Assembly (NCBI GenBank): GCA_038087875.1
Contig: CM075991.1
Location: 3,100,001 to 3,164,000 of the forward strand
Reading direction: 5' to 3'
DNA length: 64,000 bases
Source: Malacoraja senta
Taxonomy: Eukaryota
The notes under the pieces were generated by a model that saw only the letters and a program-made list of their open reading frames with translations, was not told the DNA's origin and made no database searches. Shown piece after piece: positions 13,450 through 25,999 of this stretch (positions within the stretch are counted from its first letter, which is position 1; the number at the start of each line of letters is the position of its first letter). A program made the position numbers and the translations under genes.

Positions 13450-14560
13450 CTATCTTGAAAACATCCAGTGCATTGGTCTCCACTGCCTTCTGTGGCAGAA
13501 ACATTCACAACTCTCTGGATGAAAAAGCTTTACCTCATCTCAGTCCTAAATGGGTTATACTTAAAATGTGACCGCAAGTTCTAGACTCCCCCAACATCGG
13601 GAACATTTTTCCTGCATCTAGTCTGTCCAATCCTTCAAGAATTTTATATCTTTCTGTAAGATCCCCTCTCATCCTAAATTTCAGTGAATTCAAGCCGAGT
13701 CGACCCATTCTTTCATCATATGTCAGTCCCGCCATCCCAGGAATCAACCTGGTGAACCTACGCTACACTCCCTCAATGGCAAGAATGACCTTCCTTAAAT
13801 TAGGAGACTAAAATTGCACACAATACTCTAGGTGCAGTCTCACTAGGGCCCTGTACAACTGCACTTGGGCCTCCTTGTTCCTAAACTCAAATCCTATCGC
13901 AATGAAGGCCAGCATGCCATTAGCTGTACCTGCATGCTTACTTTCAGTGACTACTGTACAAGCATACACCAGGTCCCCTTCTCCTAACCTGACACCATTC
14001 ACATAATAATCTGCCTTCCTGTTCTTGCCACCAAAGCGGGTAACATCACACTTATCCACATTATACTACATCCACCAGTTCTCTATCCATATCACTCCCA
14101 ATACTATGTGTAATTTTGCACATTAATCTCTTGTGTGGGACATTGTCAAAGGCTTTTTGAAAGTCCAGCTCCACCACATCCACTGGTTCTCCCTTATCCA
14201 TTCTACTTGTTCCTCAAAAAATTCCAAAAGATTAGTCAAGTAAGATTTCCCCTTCATAAATCCATGCTGACTTTACCTGTCAGAGTCTTGCATTAAAATA
14301 ATGCATTTTATTCCAACGGTCTTTACTTGCTCCCTGCCATGCTCCTGCCTGCCTTGTATAATGGACATTCTGAAGCTCACCTGTATCAAATTCCACACCA
14401 CAGCTTGGATCCCACCTCCCCGCCAATCGAGATTAAACCATTCCAAGTAATAATTAACAGCAAAGCTGCCCATCAGGATATTGGTCCCTTTTCAGTTCTG
14501 GTGGAACCCGTTCCTCCAGTACAGGTTACTTCTGCACCAGATGAGATGCCAATGATCCAA
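13450..14560 (-). mobile_element. Degraded CR1 LINE fragments
   Basis: QLYRALVRLHLEYCVQF and FPMLGESRT CR1 RT C-terminal motifs; possible ORF1 esterase remnant at 14273-14560. Confidence 0.75.
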
Positions 14561-14589
14561 AAATTTGAATTGGGTGTTACTTAAAATTG

Positions 14590-14975
14590 GAGCTAACACC
14601 CATCCCCCATCCTTCCCCCCTCTGTTCCATGTGCCTCTCCAAGATGCACACCCATTTATTCCACTATCCACTCCATTGCCCTGTCCCTTCCCCCAATATC
14701 CTTTCCTCAGGCTTCACATTTCCCTTCTCCTACGTTATTTTATGGATTTTTTGTTTATTCATGTCTGGCCTTTGTCCACCCATCTGCCAATCACAACCTC
14801 CCTCACCTGTGTTCCCCTCTCAGTTGCCAGCATTTTTCCCACCACCACCTATTTTCCAGTTTTCTCTCCCCACTACAAATAATCTGAAGAAAGGTTCCAT
14901 CTCGAAACGTCTCCCATTCACTTATTCCAGAGATACTGCCCGACCCGTTGAGTTGTTGAAGCACTTCTGATTTTT
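14590..14975 (+). repeat. Penelope-derived 3' segment with pLTR and degenerate hammerhead core
   Basis: CT-rich tract followed by ctgaagaaaggttccatctcgaaacgtc (~14884-14911) and the pLTR unit. Confidence 0.6.
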
Positions 14976-16231
14976 AACTAATTGGAGACAGTTGGTTTGT
15001 AAGTTTCAAGACTGCACCAACACTGGAGGTGTTGCAGAGAGTGTGGAATCACTCCTAAATATTCCACTGACCAACAAATCAACCAACAGTTTAAATGTTT
15101 CTCCCACCCGCCGCCACACCGACACAGTGTGTCTGTAGTGTATAACATGGATTGGGGGCACTGCTGCAACCTTCTAGAATCTTCCAGATCGCTGGTCTCT
15201 GCCACCTGTAGGGAAGAAAAAAGGAGATGGATGAAAACGGAGCCATTTCCAAGGTGTTCTCCCAGTTAAATGTAATCTCACTTTGAAATAAACATGGCTG
15301 ATCCTTTATTGCATCAGGTTAAACAGCAGTGTTGTAATGTTACACTTACTGCAGTCTAAAAAACCTTAATTCGTTGTTTGCCATTTCTTTGCACATTTTA
15401 GAAAATTGTCCAGATTTTGTTGCAGGCAGCCAAAGGCTGCTTCATTTGCAGAGTAATGAAGAATGTGATAAAAAACAAAAAATCTTCATGTGCTGGAAAT
15501 CAGACACAAAAACAGAAAATACTGGTAAAACTCAGCATCAGTGGAAAGAGAAACAGTCAGCATTTGAGGTCAATGCCCATTCAACAGAATCAGTAATGAG
15601 AGAGATGCAAGGTACTTTTCATTGGATGAGGAGGCGAGGGAAGGATGTATAAAGCAAAGGGAATGAATGCGATGTGATTAATTGAAATGGCTTCATGGCT
15701 GCAGTTACCAGCACATTAAGACACTTTGTCTGGGTAATGAATAGTCAATGTTGTGGTCAGAACAAACAGGCTAGAACTGATGAATTAGAAAAGAAAATTG
15801 ACTTGACATGACCAACAAAAATGAAAATGGAATATTCTGGACAATCGATGCAGGATAGGCAGATTATGTGGAAAGAGACACAGTTAACTTTCCAGATGAG
15901 GGACATGCATCAGTCACCACTCAGAGAGAAATATGAAGCATTCCACGTTATACATCACACCATTTACCTGGCACTGAACCCGAAGTTGCAAATGAACCAT
16001 TTTGAATATGCGCCTGGAATAGAACTTGGATGCCAAATCTTCTGACAGAAATCACAGTGTGCTGCGGAAACATGTTTGTCAGCATACCAATATTTCACAG
16101 AAGATAAATGAAAGATAAGCGCAGCAAACACCACTCTCCCAGGTGTTTCCTGCCAGCTCAACAGCAAAATATATTTTGCAGAGACAAGCTGTGAATATTC
16201 TGCAGAATGCAGCCAGTACTTTTTACATGCA

Positions 16232-17028
16232 ATTAGACATTAGACAATTGGTGCTGTTGTAGGCCATTCGGTCTTCGAGCCAGCACCACCATTCACTGTG
16301 ATCATGGCTGATCATTCACATTCAGTACCCCGTTCCCGCCTTCTACCCATATCCCCTGACTCCGTTATCTTTAAGAGCTCTATCTAACTTTGTCTGGAAA
16401 TCATCCAGAGAATTGGCCTCCACAGCCTTCTGAGGCAGATAATTCCACAGATTCACATCTTTCTGGGTAAAAACATTTTTCCTCATCACGGTTCTAAATG
16501 GCCTACCCCTTATTCTTTTACTGTGGCCCCTGCTTCTGGACTCCCCCAACATCGGGAACATTTTTCCTGCTTCTATCGTGTCCAATCCCTTAATAATCTT
16601 AAATGTTTCAATAAAATCCCCACTCATCCTTTTAAATTCCAGAGTATACAAGCCAAGCTGCTCCATTCTATCAACATATGACAGTCCCGCTATCCCTGGA
16701 ATTATCCTTGTGAAACTACGCTGCACTCCCGCAATAGGAAGAATATCCTTCCTCGAATTTGTGGACCAAAACAGCACACAATACTCCGGGTGTGGTCTCA
16801 CTTGGTCCCTGTACAACTGCAGAAGGATCTCTTTGCTCCTATACTCAACGTCTCTTGTTATAAAGGCCAACATGCCATTAGCTTTCTTCACTGCCTGCTG
16901 TATCTGCAAGTTTTCTTTCAGTGAGTGATGAACAAGGACTCCCAGATCTCTTTGTACTTCCCTTTTTCCCCAACTTGACATCATTCAAATAATAATCTGC
17001 CTTCCTGTTTCTGTCCCCAAAGTGGATA
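16232..17028 (-). mobile_element. CR1 (HER1-like) LINE 3' end
   Basis: 213-aa ORF with DLGVLV, RPHPEYC and FTQK.VNLWN.LP; short tandem-repeat tail at ~16232-16247. Confidence 0.88.
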
Positions 17029-17029
17029 A

Positions 17030-18680
17030 AGGACTTATCTTGAGAAAGGAGATGAGGAGGAATTTCTTTAGTCAGTGGATGGTGAATCTGTGGAATTAAT
17101 TGCCATAGAAGGTAGTGGGGGACGTCGATGGATATTTTAAAGGCGGAAATGGACAGATTCTCGATTAGTACGGGTGTCAGGGTTTACGGGTAGGGGCAGG
17201 AGAATGGGCTTGACATGTAAAGATAGATCAGCCATGATTGAATGGCGGAGTAGACTTGATGTGCCCAATGGCCTAAGTGTGCTCCTATAACTTATGAAGT
17301 TATGGAAATTCAGATCTATTGCCCTCAATGCAAGGGGTCAGATCCATGGAATTCTATTAAATAATTGAAACATCGGCAATAAATGGTAAGGATAAAAATA
17401 CAGCAAACATCACTAATTATACAGAAACTTCATCCCTTTGTCAGACCTGACCTGAACCAGAAGTCCATTGGGCATTATTTTCAACAAATGTAATATCATT
17501 TATATATAAATGACCGAAATGTAAATGTCGATGGGTTTGTGTGTAAGTTGGTGGACGACACCAAAATTGGACATTTCATATAGTGAGGAATTCTGTAAGA
17601 AGATCCTGTGGAATCCAGATCAGCTGCAGAAATGGGTTGAGAAATGGCAAGTGGATTTTAACCTGAGCAAGTAGGAGATTGAATGCAATGAGAGATTATA
17701 CAGTTAATGGCAAGATCCTTAGCAGCATTGATATACAGATGGATCTTGGAGTCCAAGTTCATAGTTCACAGAAGGTGGCAGCACGAGTAGATAAAGAAGG
17801 TGGTACAGAAGGAGTATGGTATGCTTGCCTTCACTGCTAGTGGCATTGAATACAAGAGTCAGGAAGTCATGATGCACTAGCGTAGGGCTTTGGTTTGGCC
17901 ACATTTGGAGTATTGTGTGCAGGTATGGTTGCCCCATTGCAGGAAATATGTGAAGATTTTGGAGATGATGAACAGCAGTTTTACCAGAATGGTGTCTAAA
18001 TTAGTTTAGTTTATTGTTGTCACATGTGCTGAGGAACAGTGAAAAACCTTTTGTTGTATGCTATCCAGTCAATGAAAAGACTGTACATAATTACAATCAA
18101 GCCGTCCACAGTGTACAGATACAGAATAAAGGGGATAGCATTTATTGCAAGATAAAGACTGATAGAATCCATTAAATATAGTACTCTAAACGTCTCCAAT
18201 GGGATGAGAGGTCAGGACCGCTCTAGCTGGTGTGAGGACAGTTAAATTGCCAGTTGTCAGGGTTTCAGCTACAGAGAGAGGATGGATAGATTTTGATTTG
18301 GATTGTTCTCTCTGGAACATCGGAGGTTGAGGGGAGACTTAAAAGAAGTATATAAAATTAGGAGAGGTTTTGATAGGGTAAAGTCAGAAATGTTTGTCCA
18401 AGGGTGGAAATGTCCAACACTAGAGGGCAAGGCATTTTTTTTTCTTTACACAGAGAGTGGTGGGGTCTGGAACACATTGGAACATCAGGGGCGGTGGTGG
18501 TGGTGCATAAGATAGTGTTTAAGAGGCTTTTAGATTGTAAAATGGAAGTGCAGGGAAAAGAGGAATGTGGATCATATACAGGCAGATGAGATCAGTTTAA
18601 CGAGGCATCGTGTTCGGTGCAAACAATGCGAGTTGAAGGGCTCGTTCATGTGCTGTGCTGTTCTATATTCTATGTTCCTC
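17030..18680 (+). mobile_element. Degraded CR1 fragments
   Basis: CR1 RT and 3' UTR-like segments (FSLEHRRLRGDL.EVYKI) with a ttctat tail at ~18660. Confidence 0.7.
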
Positions 18681-21600
18681 AAACTTTCCAACATGCCTGG
18701 ATTTATCTAGCTCTTTGTGACATTTAGAGCCCAGGAAAAATTAAAGATCTGCAACTCATCTTTTAATTTGGGTCATTATATGATTTTGATTCCACATTGA
18801 ATTCAAAACTATTTTTCAGAGAATAGCTGATTGCATTAATCCTAAATGTTGCCTGATCTGCCTTTCTCTCCACATTCCTTAACTTTGATTCTCTCATCCC
18901 TTCTCCTTTACCTGTTCCTTTACCTCACCACTTACCTCGAGCCTTTCACTTCGATCACACTTATTGGTGCTGACAGAAAGTGACTGGGCAAAAGCAACAT
19001 TGTTCCAAGTCTACAAACATTGCCTGGCCTGCTGAGTGTTTCCAGCATTTCAATTCTGTGGGAATTGAACTATTCCAGAAGTGTTCCATCAGTGCTAGGC
19101 TGCGCATGTCTAATCACTCTGACCTTACACATCTTGCTCTTCAGTGATAAGGCTGTGTTTCTATGGGTAAGAGCAGTACAGTTAACCATGTAAACAACTT
19201 TACGTGACCCACTCCACATCTTTCCCTGTCACAAATGATATAAAAAGGCTGCATGTTTTCTGTCTGTAGAAAAGTGTCTTGTTTGACTGTACTCCTTGTC
19301 TGACAAGTTATTGAGAATAAAGAAGTTAACTGTTATTCACATCTCATGTAAATTATTCCAACAGTACTTCACATTGTTCTCATTTATACTAAAATAATGT
19401 TCAATTAATTTCTACCATCTCTCCTTTTCATTTATTTTAAACCAATTATTTATTGACAACCTGGCACATGTTATCCATTCCTAATTTCCTTTGAGAGTTG
19501 GATGGTCAGCCATCTTCCAGTGAAGTTATTTCCACACTGTTGCTGGATGGGAACTTCAGGTCTTACACTCAAGGCAAGGGAGAAAAATTAACTAATCAAG
19601 AATCTATCTATCCTTGCCTTAAAACTATCCATTGACTGCCTGCACAGCCTTTTGTGGCAAAGAATTCCACAGATTCACCACCCTCTGAATTTTTCTCATC
19701 TGAAGAAATGTTTCTCATCTCCTTCCTAAAGGAACATCCTTTAATTCTGAGGCTATGACCTCTAGTCCTAGATCTCAGATTAGTGGAAACATCCTCTCCA
19801 CATCCACTCTATCCAAGCCTTTCACTGTTTGGTACGTTTATATGAGGCCCCCCCTACTATTTTGATCACACTGCAGCCTCGGGTCTGTCATGGTAGCTCA
19901 GTCTTCCTTGTACCTGCAACAGCAGAACACAGCTAGGAGGGAGGTAGCCCACTTTGTCTCCCTTCCTCTCTCTCTCTTTCTTCCTTCCTTCTTCCACTTT
20001 CTCTCCTGCTTCTTCTCTTCTCCTTCTCCCTGTCACTCACTCTGGCTCAAGTTCCTGGGTTTTATAGCGAGTGGCTGACGTGGTTCAAGTGGATAATCAA
20101 GAGCAATAATGCTGGGAATTGGCCTCTCCTGGCCTATCAGCCAGTTAAAAGAATCAGAGCAACTCCCCAAAGGGAGAAGGTGCTGTCACAGACACCTCCC
20201 CCTCACTTTCAATGATCCCGGGATGTGAGATAGTTCGTCCTTTGTTAGTTTCTCACCATTTTCAGTTCACACTTTCAGCAACAATTATCTAGTTAGGTAA
20301 ATAAATAAATATCTCTGAAAGCAAAAAACCTTACCAGGAGACCTCTGAAGATGCGCAGTTCTACAGTGGACGCATCGTGGCAATACGCTTGCTCAGCAGC
20401 AGAGACTGCATCATCATTCAGTCTCAAGGTGATTTAAAACATCAAGAAAACTCATAGGTATTACTTTGTACTTTATTTGTCTAAAGTACCGAGGTACGGT
20501 GAAATTCATTTTTGTATACAGTACAGTGCAAGTATCATGAAACACACGCACTTAGATACATCTTTGCACTTAGATGTATCTCAGATACAGTACGTTAATA
20601 GCATGAGTACGCTGAGACAGTATACAGAGTCGCCAGTTTTTGCACCCTTTTCAAGTCCCAGTTTGCAAGCTGCAGGCCACGTCCGGTCCATGTGCTCGGC
20701 ATCTTGGAGCAGCGTCCGATCCAGCAAGCCCCAGGCTGCTGCATGGCCCTGGTGGCCCACTCCACTGTCGAGGCACTGCACTGCCTCCCACCACCAATCT
20801 GCTTACAGGTCCTCCTTCCACTCTGGGCGGGGAGCTGGGTCATCCTGGCGGGGTCTACAGCGCGGGTCCTTGGCTCACGGCGGGCATGCCGGGCCAAGTC
20901 TGGAGTTAAACATGAAGGTCGACTGGAAATAACAGGTTGCTGCTGGTCCCAAGAGAGCGAATTTGTAGAGTGCCTCAGAAATGAGTTTTGAGAGCAGCTT
21001 GTAGTTGAGCCTACCAGGGAAAAGGCAATTCTGGATTTGGTATTGTGTAATGAACCGGATTTGATTAGGCAGCTTAAGTTAATGGAACCACTAGGAGCTA
21101 GTGACAAAATTCAACCTTCAATTTGAGAGGGAGAAGAAGAAATTGGATGTGTCGGTAATACTATTGAGCAATGGTGACTACAGAAGCATGAGGCAGGAGC
21201 TGGCTAAAGTTGATTGGAAAGGGACCCGAGCTGGAATGACGATGGAACAGGGTTAACTATTGTGATCCAGCATTCAGTAACTTTCCACTGAGAAACAGGC
21301 TTGTTTAAGTATGTGGGAAGATGAGGCAGTCTCGGTGTAGCCTTGAGTTCATAAGCGCCTCTTTGTATTAAGCGGACCTTTGTCTCTATGGACCACCCGC
21401 ACCAGGCCTGTTTAGCTATTCACTGGAGTAAAGTTCGATTCCCACAGAGTGAAGTGCTGCCCATGTTGAAAGACAAAATGGAAGAGCAGCTCAGTTCTTC
21501 CCACAATTCCCACAATCCTGCCTTTTGTCCCAACAGGACTTAGTATGGCTGTATGGTAACGCAAATTTAACTGTACTTTAATTGTTATATTTCAAGAGAT

Positions 21601-21716
21601 TCAAGATTCAAGAGAGTTTATTGTCATGTGTCCCTGATAGGACAATGACATTCTTGCTTTACATGTGACAATAAACTGAACTTGACCTTGAAACCTTGAA
21701 ACCTTGAATAAAAATG

Positions 21717-23520
21717 TTAGTCCGTATTATCAGTATCATCATACTGGAGGATATTTATGAGTTGCATGATAGCGTGATCAAGATCATATTGAAGCATAAT
21801 GTGTTGTGGTTCAGCACTGAGACGGGAGTGCGGTTTTGATGAGCAGAGAGCTCGAATGAGGCAGAGTGATAGCTGGAACAGTACATATATGGTGACAACA
21901 GCGGCTGAAATATTAATAGCATATTTTAAAATGGTCTTAAAGAGCCCTCCAGCCCAGTTTCCTTGGTCAGGGAGCCATCCCCACCAGTCAAAATGTTTAA
22001 TTTCTGAAATCTTGTGCAAGGTGTGGATATGGTCTTGAATAATCCTTTCATCAGTTTCAATTTGTTTGTCTTGGTTAGAGAAGAAACAACAGGATTCATT
22101 GAGCGTTACACACCCTCCCCCCTGGGCCAATAGGAGAAAGTCCAGAGCAATCCGATTTTGAATAACCATCTTGGACAGAGACTGGACTCTGGAGTGAAGA
22201 GCGAACATCGCATCTACCGTCCTGTTCTCTATTTGTTCCATGATTGCTTTCTCCAGCTTGTTTACTCCCAGGCCAGGTATCAGGGTGCGGAGGAATCTGT
22301 GGAACCCTATATTGCAGACAACAAGTGGAGTTTCATCTTCTCTCAAGCGTCTAACCTTCCCTGGGGATGGCTGACTATGATTCCTGTTCAAGTGAGTCTC
22401 GAGGGTTTGTTAGCATTCATAGCAAAAGGATTTGAGTATAAGAGCAGGGAGGTTCTACTGCAGTTGTACACGGTCTTGGTGAGACCACACCTGGAGTATT
22501 GCGTACAGTTTTGGTTTCCTAATCTGAGGAAAGACCTTCTTGCCATAGAGGGAGTACAGAGAAGGTTCACCAGACTGATTCCTGGGATGGCAGGACTTTC
22601 ATATGAAGAAAGACTGGATAGACTCGGCTTGTACACGCCAGAATTTAGAAGATTGGGGGGGATCTTATAGAAACTTACAAAATTCTTAAGGGGTTGGACA
22701 GGCTAGATGCAGGAAGATTATTCCCGATGTTGGGGAAGTCCAGAACTAGGGGTCACAGTTTAAGGATAGGTGGGAAGTCTTTTAGGACTGAGATGAGAAA
22801 ATCATTTTTTACACAGAGAGTGGTGAATCTATGGAATTCTCTGCCACAGAAGGTAGTTGAGGCCAGTTCATTGGCTATATTTAAGAGGGAGTTAGATGTG
22901 GCCCTTGTGGCTAAAGGGATCAGGGGGTATGGGGAGAAGGCAGGGATGGGATACTGAGTTGGATGATCAGCCATGATCATATCGAATGGCGGTGCAGGCT
23001 CGAAGGGCCGATTGGCCTACTCCTGCACCTATTTTCATGTTTCTATGTTTCTATGTTTAATTCCCCAAACATTAGGGACTAGGTATCCCATGGTAGATGT
23101 CCCAATCCAATTTGGAAATAGGGATTTGTCGCCACATATCCAGAATACCCCATGCTGAACAACGGAAGGGTACAATTCAGTTTGGTTGCTGCAAATTAAT
23201 TCCAGTGCGTATGTATGCGTCCCATGGAATACTGCATGCGCACCCCAATCTCAGTGGACTAAATGCTGAAGGTATCCCAATTACATCTTTCGTGACATTT
23301 TGGTGTTTAACAAATGTATTGGCCGTCCACCAATACGAAGTGTCACCATAAGTGATGTTATAAGGTCTCTGGCAGTGGCAAGTGGAATTAATGTCGCCGA
23401 GATGTTTTAAATCATTATTGATGGTAGTGTTTATGCAAATTTTTGGGGCCCCGGGATAGCATCCCCATGAAATCAGAGGATGTTCGGAAAAGGGGCTAGT
23501 AAACTGAAAGCGGGGCACTC
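21717..23520 (-). pseudogene. Gamma-type retroviral env (SU C-terminus and TM), interrupted by a CR1 at ~22408-23057
   Basis: FWICG..PNWIGT..GYLVP, KVRR cleavage-like site, ISD QNRIALDFLL, CX6CC (CVTLNESCC), hydrophobic anchor ISAAVVTIYVLFQLSLCLI. Confidence 0.88.
22408..23057 (+). mobile_element. Well-preserved 5'-truncated CR1 inserted in env
   Basis: RPHLEYCVQFW..SRTRGHSL..FTQRVVNLWNSLP; (TTTCTATG)n tail; very similar to the copy at 44495-45148. Confidence 0.92.
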
Positions 23521-24229
23521 ACAGTTAATTTCATTGGCCTCCCCATTACTATCTCATATTGAGTTAACCCTGTACGCTGATTAGGGCTAGATCTCATTAT
23601 CACTAGGGCTAATGGCAAGGCTTCAGGCCACTTTAAACCTGTCTCATTATATAATTTAGCCAATTTAGTCTTGAGTATCCCATTTTGTGTTTCCATTGTC
23701 TCCCCGAGATTGTGGGTGAAATGGGCAGGATAAATGTGGTTGCACTGAAGTCCCTTCATTAGTTCCTTTACAACTAAACCAGTAAAGTGGAATCATTTGT
23801 CACTTGACATAAACTCTGGAATGCCAAATCTCTGTACCACTTCTGTCAGTAGCACCCTGGCTACTGTTGTGGCATCACTGCGGCAAGTGGGGAAGGATTC
23901 CACCCAACTATAAAACAAGTCTACAATTACCAACACATACTTCTTACTCATATATTCAGGCATTTGTATAAATCTATTTGCCTATAAACAAAAGGTCCCC
24001 ATGATTGGAGTTACGAAGCAGGCTGTACACTGGGAGTTTTTCCCATGTTATAGTTTTGGCATGTCATACACTTAGCAGTAACTCTATCAGGAAAAGCAGC
24101 AAAATCCGGTGCATAACAGGTTGCTTGAATAATACCATTCATCTCCCCTTTGGCAGCGTGTGTGAACTGATGACACACATGTGGCAACCAGGGTAGGAGT
24201 TGCCCACACCGCTGTTAAGGTAATGGGAG

Positions 24230-24897
24230 CACAAGGAGATAGTGAAAATAAGTTGATAAAATTCAACCATCTATTTGGGAGGGAGAAGATGAAATTGGAT
24301 GTGTCAGTAATACTATTGAGGAATGGTGACCACAGAAGCATGAGGCAGGAGCTGGCAAAAGTTGATCGGAAAGGGACCCGAGCTGGAATGACAATGGAAC
24401 AGCAATGGTAACAATTTCAGGGAATAATTCAGAAGATGTAGGATCTTTTCATTTCAAAGAGGAAGAAAGATTCTAAGAGGAAAATGAGATGGCCGTGGTG
24501 ACAAGGGAAGTCAGAGACAGTAAAAAACTAAAAGAAAAGGGATAAAACATTGAAAAGATTAGTAGAAAGTTAGAGGATTAGGAAGCTTTTAAAAAACAAC
24601 AGAAGGTAACTAAAAATACAATATGGGGCGAAAAGATTAAATATGAATGCAAGCTATCCAGTAATATAAAATAGGATAGCAAAAGTATCTTCAGATACAT
24701 AACATGTAAGAAAGAGACAAGAGTGGACTTTGGACCATTGGAAAATTATGCTGGAGAAGTGATAATGGGGAATAAAGAAATGGTAGATGAATTGAATATG
24801 TTTTTTGCATCATTCTTCACAGTGGAAGGCACCAGCAATGTGCCTGAAATACAAGAGACTTAGGAGGTAAAAGTTAGCGTCGTGGCTATTTCTCCCT
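24230..24897 (+). mobile_element. CR1 ORF2 internal fragment
   Basis: CR1 EN-RT linker-like sequence (W.TREVRD, SKSIFRYI, EM.DELN.FFAS.FT); also similar to 20920-21250. Confidence 0.7.
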
Positions 24898-24899
24898 TA

Positions 24900-25310
<411 letters not shown>

Positions 25311-25730
25311 CATATTGTCAGCCATGGTTTGTACTGGAATGAGGGGAGCCCTGGGTCTATAGACATGGGTTCATCCTCAAGTTCTGGTTGTCCGGGGTGC
25401 TTATGCCTTTCCTTCCTGCCTGTTGGCTGAGCCATTCGGGGCTTCACCTCCCTCTAATGTTGAGAGGGGTTTTTGCTCATGCAGGGACCCCAAGCAATGG
25501 CTTGAACAGCTTTGGCTCATTTAAAATGTGTTTAAAAAAAGCTTAGATATGCTTGCACATGCACCACAAGGCAAGGTGCCTTCACTGGCACAAAGCAGCA
25601 GTGAGTCTGTTACCCAAGCAAAGTTATGGGTCTACTCTTGGGTTGCTGCTGTAGTTCTCAGGCAACTCGCTGTTATTCAATGCTGGTCTCAGATAAATGC
25701 CAGATCAGTCCCTCAGGACTCAGGACTCAG

Positions 25731-25987
25731 GCCCACATTCTCCACCAATGTGGCATTGGTCATGACACCACAACAACAATAAACACACTGGAACACACAG
25801 TAAGGTGAACTCACAAAATGGGCTTTATTTCACAAAACAAGATCATCCCTCTCCCACCTCCCTCTCCCCCAGAGTTAAGGACAAGGATCAGATGAATTGG
25901 TCCAATAACCATTAATCAGATCCAACTGTTGCTCGTTTGCCCGTGGCTGGGAATCAGAGCGGACCTTAAAGTGGACATGTTGTCACA
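25731..25987 (-). mobile_element. Probable 5' LTR (25749-25987, TG...CA) with a tRNA-Ala primer binding site (25731-25747)
   Basis: Minus strand reads ...GCCACA T TGGTGGAGAATGTGGGC, complementary to the vertebrate tRNA-Ala(AGC) 3' end as I recall it; AATAAA at 25824-25829 (-); outer LTR boundary tentative. Confidence 0.65.
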
Positions 25988-25999
25988 ATGTATAAATAA

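Larger units (their letters stand above)
21250..24100 (-). mobile_element. Endogenous retrovirus remnant: integrase core, internally deleted env, PPT and start of the 3' LTR
   Basis: Integrase LVIVDLFYSWVESFP..RFGIP...SSD at 23500-23950; env SU/TM; purine-rich aaaaggcaggat followed by TGTGG at 21514 (-). Confidence 0.85.

Noticed and set aside
20477..21107. Overlapping 90-170 aa ORFs in GC-rich sequence
   Set aside because: No recognisable domain; flanked by LINE-tail and CR1 sequence, so probably repeat-derived
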